The notes under the pieces are model-generated. The model saw only the letters and a list, made by a program, of their open reading frames with translations. It was not told the DNA's origin and made no database searches. From positions 1 through 64,000 of the forward strand of contig JBHLPH010000007.1 in NCBI GenBank assembly GCA_048939625.1: a stretch of 64,000 nucleotides of DNA, given 5' to 3'. The translations under genes were made by a program, and so were the position numbers. Below, piece by piece: positions 40,189 to 48,708 of the stretch; the first letter of the stretch is position 1, and every line of letters starts with the position of its first letter. The DNA is from Promethearchaeota archaeon (GTDB taxonomy: Archaea; Asgardarchaeota; Hermodarchaeia; Hermodarchaeales; Hermodarchaeaceae).

Positions 40189-40230
40189 GGAATATTCAAC
40201 GAGGATGCAACGATTTGGAGGTTTCTTATC

Positions 40231-40677
40231 ATGTCAGATCCTATGACACGATTGACTCAAGCTACTATGGACTTGAAGAAATTCACGAGTGCCTTTAATT
40301 ATTGGACTTTCTTGACCATTGTGATTTATGGTGTTCTTTTAATCGGCGCTGGTTTATTCCCCGCAATATTTCAGGAACCGTTCCTGGCAATTGTTGCCGG
40401 AATAACCCTGTTTTTTATAATCATTGCGTTTCTCGCTGTCTTTTTCGTTAAAGATACACAGAAGGCCATCATGCTCACTTTAATTCGATCTCTAATTGGA
40501 GCAATTTTGCCTCTTGCTTTAATCTTTGCAACACTTGGTCCTTTCAGCCTTTACTTGAAAGTGTTAGGAATTGCCTTGTTTCTTGTCGGATTAATCTTCT
40601 TCTACTTCCTACTCCGACCACTCCTCACAATGAACGCCATTACCAAGGAATTGATGAAAGGTTCAAAGACGGAGTGA
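40231..40677 (+). CDS. Hypothetical four-TM membrane protein
   Basis: Four hydrophobic helices; GGAGGT RBS. Confidence 0.75.
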   Translation: MSDPMTRLTQATMDLKKFTSAFNYWTFLTIVIYGVLLIGAGLFPAIFQEPFLAIVAGITLFFIIIAFLAVFFVKDTQKAIMLTLIRSLIGAILPLALIFATLGPFSLYLKVLGIALFLVGLIFFYFLLRPLLTMNAITKELMKGSKTE

Positions 40678-40720
40678 CACACTTCAGAAACTCCTAAATG
40701 GTAGAAATACTTCCTAATCC

Positions 40721-40825
40721 GTGAGCATGCGGATACCAACGATGACGAACATGCACCTAACCAGAGCCACTCATCATGGCGGATGACGGAACTGATCTGC
40801 TCGGAGGTTAGTGTCCGCAGCTCGC
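40721..40825 (+). ncRNA. Box C/D-like small RNA candidate
   Basis: Long terminal stem 40721-40740/40807-40825; box C ATGACGA 40742-40748; D' CAGA 40762-40765; internal GCCA/TGGC hairpin; C' GGATGA 40781-40786; D CGGA 40802-40805; TATA-like element about 25 nt upstream; T run downstream. Confidence 0.72.
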
Positions 40826-41030
40826 AACTTTTGTACCAGATTCTTCAAAGAGCTCTATTCATGAATCGATAAGACTCTATGATCTGCAATACTGTATGGA
40901 GTGAAATCGCATTCAAACCACGTGCCAAAATAAAGGAGGATTAATCAGAAGCAGTAAACGTGCCACCAATCAAATGAAAAATTATTGACCCAAAGCTCCC
41001 TTTTTATATCCAACCAATCCATCTCTCATT

Positions 41031-41624
41031 ATGACACTTGAATACAAATACGCTGATTGGTCACAAGTTTATGAGTTATGTTTTCAGCTCTATCATCATA
41101 TTCGAAAAGCTGGATTTTCACCAGACCTCATTGTAGGTGTGGCTCGAGGGGGATGGGTTCCTGCCCGAATTATCGCTGATTTTTTCATCATCCAACACAC
41201 AGCCAATGTCAAGGTTGAGTTCTATCAGGATTTGTTCGATACTAAGGAACATGCCTCCATAACCCAGCCGGTGAGTGGAGAACCACGATGGAAGAAAGTC
41301 CTCGTCGTCGATGACATTGCTGATTCGGGAGCGAGTTTGGAAGCAACGGTTAAACACTTAGAACGTCGCAAGGTTTCTGAAATACAAACAGCCTGTTTGC
41401 ATGTTAAACCTTGGGCAGACCCCTTGCCCAACTTTTATAGCAAGAAATTAGATGCCTGGGTAATTTATCCATGGGAAGTGAAAGAATTTACATTTTCATT
41501 TGCTCATCAGTTGTATTCAAAAAATATTGAATATCAGGAGATTAAATCACAATTATTAGAGATCGGGCTCCCTGAACACCCAACAAAAGAGTTCCTCCGG
41601 GAATGGAAAGCAATCATGAATTAG
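41031..41624 (+). CDS. Type I phosphoribosyltransferase (purine PRT-like), paralogue 1
   Basis: VARGGWVP, VLVVDDIADSG, WVIYPWE. Confidence 0.92.
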   Translation: MTLEYKYADWSQVYELCFQLYHHIRKAGFSPDLIVGVARGGWVPARIIADFFIIQHTANVKVEFYQDLFDTKEHASITQPVSGEPRWKKVLVVDDIADSGASLEATVKHLERRKVSEIQTACLHVKPWADPLPNFYSKKLDAWVIYPWEVKEFTFSFAHQLYSKNIEYQEIKSQLLEIGLPEHPTKEFLREWKAIMN

Positions 41625-41868
41625 ACTCTCTTGTAGGCTGTAGAACAAATCGTGACATCTTCGTAATTGAGAGAACGACAAGATTCGCTTCATAAGTATG
41701 AGTCAAGTTATCGACAACGTCAGGAGGTAATCCTTGGCTATTCAGGGTTTTCCGAAAGACACGTATTCCATCGTTAGCAAAGCGTTTTCCTCGCCGCAAC
41801 GCAATCCAAGAACGAATTGCTACTCGGAGTCCATAATACATGGTAGCAACGATTTCTCGGGCATTCAT
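41614..41868 (-). CDS. Small hypothetical protein
   Basis: FRKTLNSQGLPPDVVDNLTHTY motif shared with 41970-42314. Confidence 0.72.
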   Translation of the reverse strand: MNAREIVATMYYGLRVAIRSWIALRRGKRFANDGIRVFRKTLNSQGLPPDVVDNLTHTYEANLVVLSITKMSRFVLQPTRESNS

Positions 41869-41969
41869 TCCTCTAAACGCCTCTTTTTTTAATGGTAGGA
41901 GGAATGAGAGAGAAAGTATCTGACCTGGAAAATTCGGCCAGATGATTTCTCACTCCATTCGGCCTCGTT

Positions 41970-42314
41970 CTAGATACTCTCCTTTTCTGACCGTTTTTTC
42001 TCAAGGGCACGTTCAATTTTGATTTCCAAGTCTTTGGATTTCCGTCCCGTGCTTAATCCTTCGCTCATGAAATCCTTTATGTCTAAGACACTCATGTATT
42101 TCCGGGTCATATCAAGAACTAACTCATCTGGTAGGCCTTTTTTCTTAAGTCCTTGATACAGAGAACCAACGGATTCAGCGATGCTTTCCGCAACTTCGGG
42201 AGAATAGATTGCTTGAACGAGTTGGCTGATGAGGGCAGGTACGGTTTCTTGAACGGCTTCAAGAATATCTCGAACCTCCTCGACATCAGTTGATTTTGGG
42301 TCCTTGTCGCTCAT
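41970..42314 (-). CDS. Hypothetical helical protein
   Basis: LYQGLKKKGLPDELVLDMTRKY; GGTG RBS. Confidence 0.8.
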   Translation of the reverse strand: MSDKDPKSTDVEEVRDILEAVQETVPALISQLVQAIYSPEVAESIAESVGSLYQGLKKKGLPDELVLDMTRKYMSVLDIKDFMSEGLSTGRKSKDLEIKIERALEKKRSEKESI

Positions 42315-42408
42315 AATTGTTTACACCAACCTATACTTGTGTGGTCAGAGAACAAATACTATCTGCGAAAAAGTGACCAGATTTCGGTTCACAAACTCTA
42401 TTTTCAGC

Positions 42409-42897
42409 TTACAGGAGGTCATCTGTGAGCTTGTAATACGTGGCCTTCTTATCGCGATGAGCTTCTTTGATGAGTCCCATAGCTTGAAGTTGCTGAAGCC
42501 GTTCCCGGACAATTCGACGAGAAGCGGTCCCTCGACCACGTCTGACTGCAACTGTCAATTGGCTGATATTTTGAGGATTACCTGGTTCTAAAGCATCCAC
42601 AATAAGCCGGCTTATCTCATCTTTTGCTAGAGTAGGGAATTGCTTTTGAAGCCGTTGACGTCCTGAAAAACGACCCATCATCTCAAATAGGTTGCCATAA
42701 AAGTCCATCCCATCACGAATAAGGCGGGTGGATTGTTGAAATTCACCCATCTCGGGTTCAAGCCTCGCTAAGACCCGTTCAATTCTGGTTAATCGGGAAG
42801 AGATGTCTTCGAGTTTGGCTTGAAGGTCTGCTTTTTCTGGTTCTTTCTCCGACTCCGGTTTCTTTCTTTCATTCTCGGAGTTGGTAGATTTTGTCAT
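42409..42897 (-). CDS. Coiled-coil + winged HTH transcriptional regulator
   Basis: N-terminal heptads; NISQLT...ASRRIVRERLQQL...GLI wHTH. Confidence 0.82.
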   Translation of the reverse strand: MTKSTNSENERKKPESEKEPEKADLQAKLEDISSRLTRIERVLARLEPEMGEFQQSTRLIRDGMDFYGNLFEMMGRFSGRQRLQKQFPTLAKDEISRLIVDALEPGNPQNISQLTVAVRRGRGTASRRIVRERLQQLQAMGLIKEAHRDKKATYYKLTDDLL

Positions 42898-43043
42898 TAG
42901 CTCCAGCCTAATCCTCTTTGGTAGTTAATGCCTTTATACATAATTATTCATGAATCCAAAGTCAAATCACTTCTTCGACTTCGAGCTTGTTGTGAGGCGG
43001 TTTTTGACGATAAGCTTTATAGACTGGTTAGATACCTAGCAGT

Positions 43044-43697
43044 ATGGCAACCAATTTTGAATTTGTCTGGTGGGAACGCCTTTACGAGCTCTGTTTTACG
43101 TTGTATGAGAAGATTATGGAATCTAATTTTCAACCTGATGTTATTGTGGGTGTGGCTCGTGGGGGATGGATACCTGCACGAATTCTCTCAGACCTCTTTT
43201 TCACACGAGATACTGCAAATGTCAAAGTCGATTTATATCGAGGAATCTATGCGCGTGATCAAGAACCGCATATTAGCCAAGAAATTCCGAGAGATATGAA
43301 ATGGGAGGCTCCGCTCCTCGTTGATGATATTTCTGATACTGGAGATAGTCTTCTCATTGCGGGTCAGCATCTACAGCACCGTGGTTATAAAAATCCACGG
43401 ACTGCTACAATGCATATGAAACCTTGGACCAAACTCGTTCCTGACTATTATGTGGTGGAAACCGAAGCCTGGGTCGTGTATCCTTGGGAACTCAAAGAAT
43501 TCACCTTCAATCTTTCAAGTCAACTCGCAAAGGAGGGAAAGACCCGTCACGAAATTGCAGGGTACCTCTTCGAAGTTGGGGTGCCAATCCATTATGCGAA
43601 GATGTTTTTGGACCAATGGGTAAAACGTAATGAGTCCAGCCTCAAAGAGAGTAAGGCGAAAACTAAAACGAGAAAATCCAAATCAAGAAAGACTTAG
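43044..43697 (+). CDS. Type I phosphoribosyltransferase (purine PRT-like), paralogue 2
   Basis: VARGGWIP, LLVDDISDTG, WVVYPWE. Confidence 0.92.
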   Translation: MATNFEFVWWERLYELCFTLYEKIMESNFQPDVIVGVARGGWIPARILSDLFFTRDTANVKVDLYRGIYARDQEPHISQEIPRDMKWEAPLLVDDISDTGDSLLIAGQHLQHRGYKNPRTATMHMKPWTKLVPDYYVVETEAWVVYPWELKEFTFNLSSQLAKEGKTRHEIAGYLFEVGVPIHYAKMFLDQWVKRNESSLKESKAKTKTRKSKSRKT

Positions 43698-43700
43698 ACC

Positions 43701-44888
43701 CTATTTTGGCTTAGGCTTGTCAACGTGTTTGAGCTTATACTCCTTCTGACCTAGCCCAAGTTCGGTCGCATAATCTAATTGAACCAGATGACACTGGGTC
43801 GGCGTTCTCTCTCCCGTATGTGGATCAGGCCAGGGGGTAGCAACAGCTAGTTTATCCTCACCCGGAGCGATATCTCCACACGCAGAACTAGCAATAGGAA
43901 GAGCTTCATTTAGTTTGTCCACGCTTGCCGCGTCAATGGCGACTGGATCTCGAGAGGCAAAGATGCCTAAATCAGGTACTAGGGCTTGAGGACCTGCTGG
44001 CATACAATCACACCATTCACTGATATCCAAGGCGACGTTAAAGTAGTAGAACCGGTCACGTCCAATTCCATCCATGACGCCGAGGGCGTTTTCTATCATT
44101 CGTTCTGTCGCAACTGGGGGGTTCTCTCCCCATTTGGCTGTGATGGCTTTCGCATCGGCTTGCCGACATGCAGAGACACAATGAATACAATGAATACACC
44201 GTTCAAAGTCGATTTTCACTTTAGGATTAACCGTGATGCACTGAGTGGGACACACACGCACGCATTTACTACATTCAGGGCCCTTACATTCATCAGCATT
44301 GACAATCGGGTTTTGTGGACCATGCATCATTGTCTTGCTGTATTTGCCGACACAACCAATCCCTAGGTTTTTTAGGGTGCCTCCCATGCCAGTTCCACCG
44401 TGACCTTTGAAGTGAGTCATTATTACAATAACATCAGCATCACGCAATGCCATTGCAACCTCGACTTTGTCAAGGTGTTTTCCCTTAATGGGCATCGTAA
44501 AGGTGTCGGTCCCCCAATATCCGTCTAGTAATATAATTGGTGCCCCCATCGTACCAATGGAATAGCCGTTAGCTGCAGCCATCTTATAATACTCAGCTGC
44601 AGTGGTGCGTCCCCCATATAATCCAGCGCCATAACCTAACCCTGCAGATTCAGCAAGAATTGGCCATGCTTTTTGAGCTTTTACGAGATCAACTGCCTTC
44701 CTAAGAAGAGCAGGTCGCAGGTACATGAGGTTGCCATATGCCCCGAAATGAGTTTTGATAATAACCCGGTCATCTTCCTTGATGGCTTTATTCAAACCGA
44801 TTTTGTCCCAAAGGACTTCAAGTTTATCGAGCATAGAGTACCGCGGGAACACAGATCTATCCACATACAATACTTCAGATTTTGTCAT
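43701..44888 (-). CDS. DUF362 Fe-S protein with inserted ferredoxin
   Basis: IKTHFG, THFKGH, LKNLGIGC, two ferredoxin-type Cys clusters, WCDC, DPVAID. Confidence 0.9.
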   Translation of the reverse strand: MTKSEVLYVDRSVFPRYSMLDKLEVLWDKIGLNKAIKEDDRVIIKTHFGAYGNLMYLRPALLRKAVDLVKAQKAWPILAESAGLGYGAGLYGGRTTAAEYYKMAAANGYSIGTMGAPIILLDGYWGTDTFTMPIKGKHLDKVEVAMALRDADVIVIMTHFKGHGGTGMGGTLKNLGIGCVGKYSKTMMHGPQNPIVNADECKGPECSKCVRVCPTQCITVNPKVKIDFERCIHCIHCVSACRQADAKAITAKWGENPPVATERMIENALGVMDGIGRDRFYYFNVALDISEWCDCMPAGPQALVPDLGIFASRDPVAIDAASVDKLNEALPIASSACGDIAPGEDKLAVATPWPDPHTGERTPTQCHLVQLDYATELGLGQKEYKLKHVDKPKPK

Positions 44889-45041
44889 TATGCTTAAACC
44901 TCTCTGAACAGCTTATTTCAAAAGAAGGCTGGTAACCCTTATTCCCTTTATTCTTTTGTAAAAATCAACCACCTTCTCACGGAATCACACTTGAGGTAAA
45001 ATGGGAAGGTTTTTGTTGAGTGTAAACAAGCCTCAACGAGA

Positions 45042-45632
45042 ATGAAAGTTCTCTTTTTCTCAGATCTTCATGGACAATCACACGCAATATCGCACATCAG
45101 AACCCAGTTAGTACAGGTCGATGTAGGATTTGGTCTCGGAGACTTTGCTAGTTTCGGAAAAGGACTAAGCGACATACTCAGATCTCTCGAAACAGACACC
45201 TCAATCTATTTCATACCCGGAAATCATGATGATGCTGATGAACTAAAATGGCTATGTCGAGAATATGATAGTTTTCATTACCTTCATGGCGACCATATAG
45301 AATTGAAAGGAAAAACATTCGCTGGTTTGGGTGGAGGCTTACCAGGTCTGCCCTTTGGACTTACTGAAGAAAATGTCCAAAAGATATTAAGTCGATTCTA
45401 TTATCTCAATGATCTAATTCTTTGCACACATACTCCTCCCTACGGCACCGCCGTTGATGTAACCTGGGGTGGGAACCATATCGGCTATCAAAGCTTACGA
45501 GATTTCGTCACAGAAGTCCAACCGTTGGCTGTGTACAGTGGACATGTCCATGAGGCAGAAGGCAAACATGATAATCTCGGTTCAACCAAGTTGGTTGCCG
45601 TGGGCGCTCATGGTTTCAACATCGACATCTGA
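45042..45632 (+). CDS. Metallophosphoesterase
   Basis: SDLHG, GD, PGNHD, HTPP, GHVHE. Confidence 0.92.
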   Translation: MKVLFFSDLHGQSHAISHIRTQLVQVDVGFGLGDFASFGKGLSDILRSLETDTSIYFIPGNHDDADELKWLCREYDSFHYLHGDHIELKGKTFAGLGGGLPGLPFGLTEENVQKILSRFYYLNDLILCTHTPPYGTAVDVTWGGNHIGYQSLRDFVTEVQPLAVYSGHVHEAEGKHDNLGSTKLVAVGAHGFNIDI

Positions 45633-45724
45633 CGAAATGAATCCTATTAAACCATGCTAGCCGGTTTCCTTTCCATTTGATGAATGTCTATATTTTTATA
45701 CTCCTTTGCTTCTACACATTTCAA

Positions 45725-45822
45725 GCTCTTTGGACCATACCAGAAATGAGTCGGCTCAATTAAGCTGCTTTATTCTTCTTTGAGCAAGGATGCCATTTCT
45801 GCGAGAGGTCGATTGGAGGAGC
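45725..45822 (+). promoter_or_regulatory. Structured 5' leader of nucleoside ABC operon
   Basis: Nested helices GCTCT/AGAGC, GACC/GGTC, CAGAAATG/CATTTCTG, GCTCAA/TTGAGC; TTTTTATA box at about 45693-45700. Confidence 0.5.
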
Positions 45823-45829
45823 CAAAAAA

Positions 45830-46954
45830 ATGAAACGAAATACACTCATAGCCGTTATTCTAATAGTGATTATCATAGTGGTTACAGTCGGCGCTGCTAC
45901 CTTCTTCTTCTTCTTCCCACCGATTCCACCTGCTCCTGTTGATAACCCGCACGAAGTAGCAATTGTTTTTGCTACAGGTGGTCTTGGTGACAAATCATTC
46001 AACGACGGATGCTATGCCGGTGCTGTAATGGCACACAACGATTTCAACGTCAACTTCACCTTTGTTGAGCCTACTGCTATCGCTGAATACGAGCCCTTCC
46101 TACGGGCCTATGCAGAACATGCAGGATTAGCTAATCCCTATGATCTCATTATCAGTATCGGATTCGACCAAGCTGATGCCATTATGGCAGTTGCAGAAGA
46201 TCATCCTACACAAGAATTTGCAATTGTGGACATGTTTATCGATCCTGTAAACTATACCAATGTTCGATCAATTCTCTTCTCAGCAAATGAGGGTTCTGCC
46301 CTTGTAGGCGCCCTTGCTGGAATATACACAGCCACTGGTAACATTGCCTTCGTAGGCGGAATGGATATCCCACTTATCCGCGAATTTGCTGCCGGATACT
46401 TCTACGGAGCCAATATCACTGTTCCTGGTATTGCTATGAACGCAACTCAAACATCCTTCGTAGACAATGCATGGGTCGGTGACTGGGCTAACCCAGGTTA
46501 TGCAGAAACCCTAGCGGACGGTCTATATACTACAGGTTTTGATATCATCTTTGCGGCAGCTGGACGATCTGGTCTTGGTGTCATTGACTCAGCAGTTAAG
46601 AACAACGCCACGATTGGTCCTGTCTGGGCCATTGGGGTCGACAGTCCACAGATGTATCTTGGCACAGCTGATCCAGATAATCCCGTAGCTCCAACAGCAG
46701 TTTTAACTTCAATGTTGAAGCGTGTTGATGTTGCTATTAACCAAACCATCGTCCAAAAGGTGATTGGCGGTTCAAGCATCGCTGGACTTTCCTTCTGGAA
46801 CTTAGCAAATGGTGGTGTTGGTTGGGAAATGAACAACACACTGCTCGGAACTAACTGGGCGGTTTCAACAACTGACCAAAACACCATTGCTATGATCGCA
46901 CAAGGCATTATCAACGGAACTTATACTGTTCCAACTGATCTTGTTTGGCTGTAG
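45830..46954 (+). CDS. BMP-family (nucleoside) ABC substrate-binding protein
   Basis: GGLGDKSFN, DIIFAAAG.SGLG, AIGVDSPQ, SMLKRVD; N-terminal TM anchor. Confidence 0.94.
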   Translation: MKRNTLIAVILIVIIIVVTVGAATFFFFFPPIPPAPVDNPHEVAIVFATGGLGDKSFNDGCYAGAVMAHNDFNVNFTFVEPTAIAEYEPFLRAYAEHAGLANPYDLIISIGFDQADAIMAVAEDHPTQEFAIVDMFIDPVNYTNVRSILFSANEGSALVGALAGIYTATGNIAFVGGMDIPLIREFAAGYFYGANITVPGIAMNATQTSFVDNAWVGDWANPGYAETLADGLYTTGFDIIFAAAGRSGLGVIDSAVKNNATIGPVWAIGVDSPQMYLGTADPDNPVAPTAVLTSMLKRVDVAINQTIVQKVIGGSSIAGLSFWNLANGGVGWEMNNTLLGTNWAVSTTDQNTIAMIAQGIINGTYTVPTDLVWL

Positions 46955-46963
46955 TTGATAAAA

Positions 46964-47000
46964 GAGTGGGCCAACAGGCCCCTCTCCCTCTCTTTTTTTC
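46964..47000 (+). terminator. Hairpin plus T-tract
   Basis: GAGTGGGCC-AACA-GGCCCCTC followed by T7. Confidence 0.6.
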
Positions 47001-47118
47001 ATTATTTCTTTTTGTTCACGAGCATTGAGATTAAATACTAGAAAATGGCACTTTTGTATAATTCGACGTTCTGTAATGGAATGTTCGCACCGACACTATC
47101 CTTATGGAGGCGATTTGT

Positions 47119-48708
47119 ATGGACGCCATCGAACTCGAAAACATCTGGAAAGTATTTCCTGGTAATGTTCAAGCCAACAAGGACATCACCTTACGGATCA
47201 AAGAAGGTGAAGTTCATGGGTTACTCGGGGAAAACGGAGCTGGAAAGACTACATTGATGAATGTGTTATACGGTCTAATCGAACGAACATCAGGAACAAT
47301 CAAAGTTCGAGGACAAGAAGTGAATTTCAGATCTCCTCATGATGCAGTTCTGTGTGGAATCGGAATGGTCCATCAACATTTCAAGCTTATTCCTAATCTA
47401 ACCGTTACTGAGAACGTCATCTTAGGCGCTGAACCAATGTATCTGAATCTTACAGCCAACTTGCGCGTCTGGAAACCTAGCATTAATCCAATGATGCCAA
47501 CGGACTTCAAAGGGGCAGAAAAAGAAATTAAACGCATTAGCAAAGAAAATGCTCTCAACATCGATCCTCGCGCCAAGATTCAAGATCTTTCAGTAGGCCA
47601 ACAGCAACAAGTTGAAATTATTAAAATTCTTTATCGCCAAGCAGATATTCTCATTCTTGACGAACCTACTGCTGTTTTAACTCCACAGGAAGTCGATGAA
47701 CTTTTTGAAACATTGGAGACATTTCGGAATGAAGGAAAAACAATCATACTCATTACTCACAAACTACGCGAACCAATGGCTCTTTGTGATCGCATCACAG
47801 TTCTCCGTGATGGTGAGCTTGTTGGAACAGTGAATAAGAAAGACACTTCACGAGAACAATTAGCTGAAATGATGGTTGGACGAAAAGTTGTCTTCAGGGT
47901 GGCAAAAACACCAGCCAAACCCGGTGCTCCTGTGCTTCGTGTAGAAGATCTCTATGTTCGCGATGATCGTGGTCTTCCCTCTGTCCAAGGGGTGTCTTTT
48001 GAAATAAAATCAGGAGAAATTCTTGGTTTGGCAGGCGTTCATGGGAATGGACAACGCGAACTCGTTGAAGCCATCTGGGGGCTTCGAAAACCCACTAGTG
48101 GTGAAATCTACATCGAAGGTGAACGAATAACTAAATACAATCCTCGGAAGGTTCGACGAATAGGGGTTGGATACATACCGCAGGATCGACAGAAACGTGG
48201 TTTAATTTTAGATTTCTCAATAAAAGAGAATCTCGTCCTTGGTGGTCAATATCGACCTCCATTTGCTATTGGTCCTATGAATTCATTTCTGAATGCTGCC
48301 AACATTGATGACTACTCCAATCACCTTGTAAAAGATTATTCAATTCGACTTCGAAATATCGATGAGCCGGTATCTACACTCTCGGGGGGAAACCAACAAA
48401 AGGTCATTGCAGCACGAGCGATGGGTCCAAATCCGAAATTACTCCTTGCATCAAATCCAACTCGAGGTCTTGATGTGGGGGCGACTGAATATATTCACAA
48501 TGCTCTCATTCGAATGCGTGATCAGGGTGTGGCAATTTTTTTGATTTCAGCTGATTTAGATGAAGTGCGTAATGTAGCGGATCGAATTGCGGTCATCTTT
48601 GAAGGAAAGATCGTTGCAATAAGAATGCCTGAAAAAACAGATGAGCGGGAATTGGGACTCCTGATGGCAGGAGAAACTGGGGAAGTAATTTCAAAGGGGT
48701 CAGCATAA
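47119..48708 (+). CDS. Nucleoside/sugar (CUT2) ABC transporter ATPase
   Basis: GENGAGKT, MVHQHF, LSGGNQQK, PTRGLDVGA; ATG 47119 after GGAGG. Confidence 0.95.
   Translation: MDAIELENIWKVFPGNVQANKDITLRIKEGEVHGLLGENGAGKTTLMNVLYGLIERTSGTIKVRGQEVNFRSPHDAVLCGIGMVHQHFKLIPNLTVTENVILGAEPMYLNLTANLRVWKPSINPMMPTDFKGAEKEIKRISKENALNIDPRAKIQDLSVGQQQQVEIIKILYRQADILILDEPTAVLTPQEVDELFETLETFRNEGKTIILITHKLREPMALCDRITVLRDGELVGTVNKKDTSREQLAEMMVGRKVVFRVAKTPAKPGAPVLRVEDLYVRDDRGLPSVQGVSFEIKSGEILGLAGVHGNGQRELVEAIWGLRKPTSGEIYIEGERITKYNPRKVRRIGVGYIPQDRQKRGLILDFSIKENLVLGGQYRPPFAIGPMNSFLNAANIDDYSNHLVKDYSIRLRNIDEPVSTLSGGNQQKVIAARAMGPNPKLLLASNPTRGLDVGATEYIHNALIRMRDQGVAIFLISADLDEVRNVADRIAVIFEGKIVAIRMPEKTDERELGLLMAGETGEVISKGSA

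Noticed and set aside
40742-40790. Eukaryote/Loki-type SECIS reading of the ATGA..AA..GA pattern
   Set aside because: Helix II would be very weak, and the upstream gene has no plausible Sec codon (readthrough of its TGA adds only a few residues); the C/D layout fits better
40721-40825. TIGR-type tandem C/D array
   Set aside because: Only one unit; no repeats and no Nop-domain gene nearby
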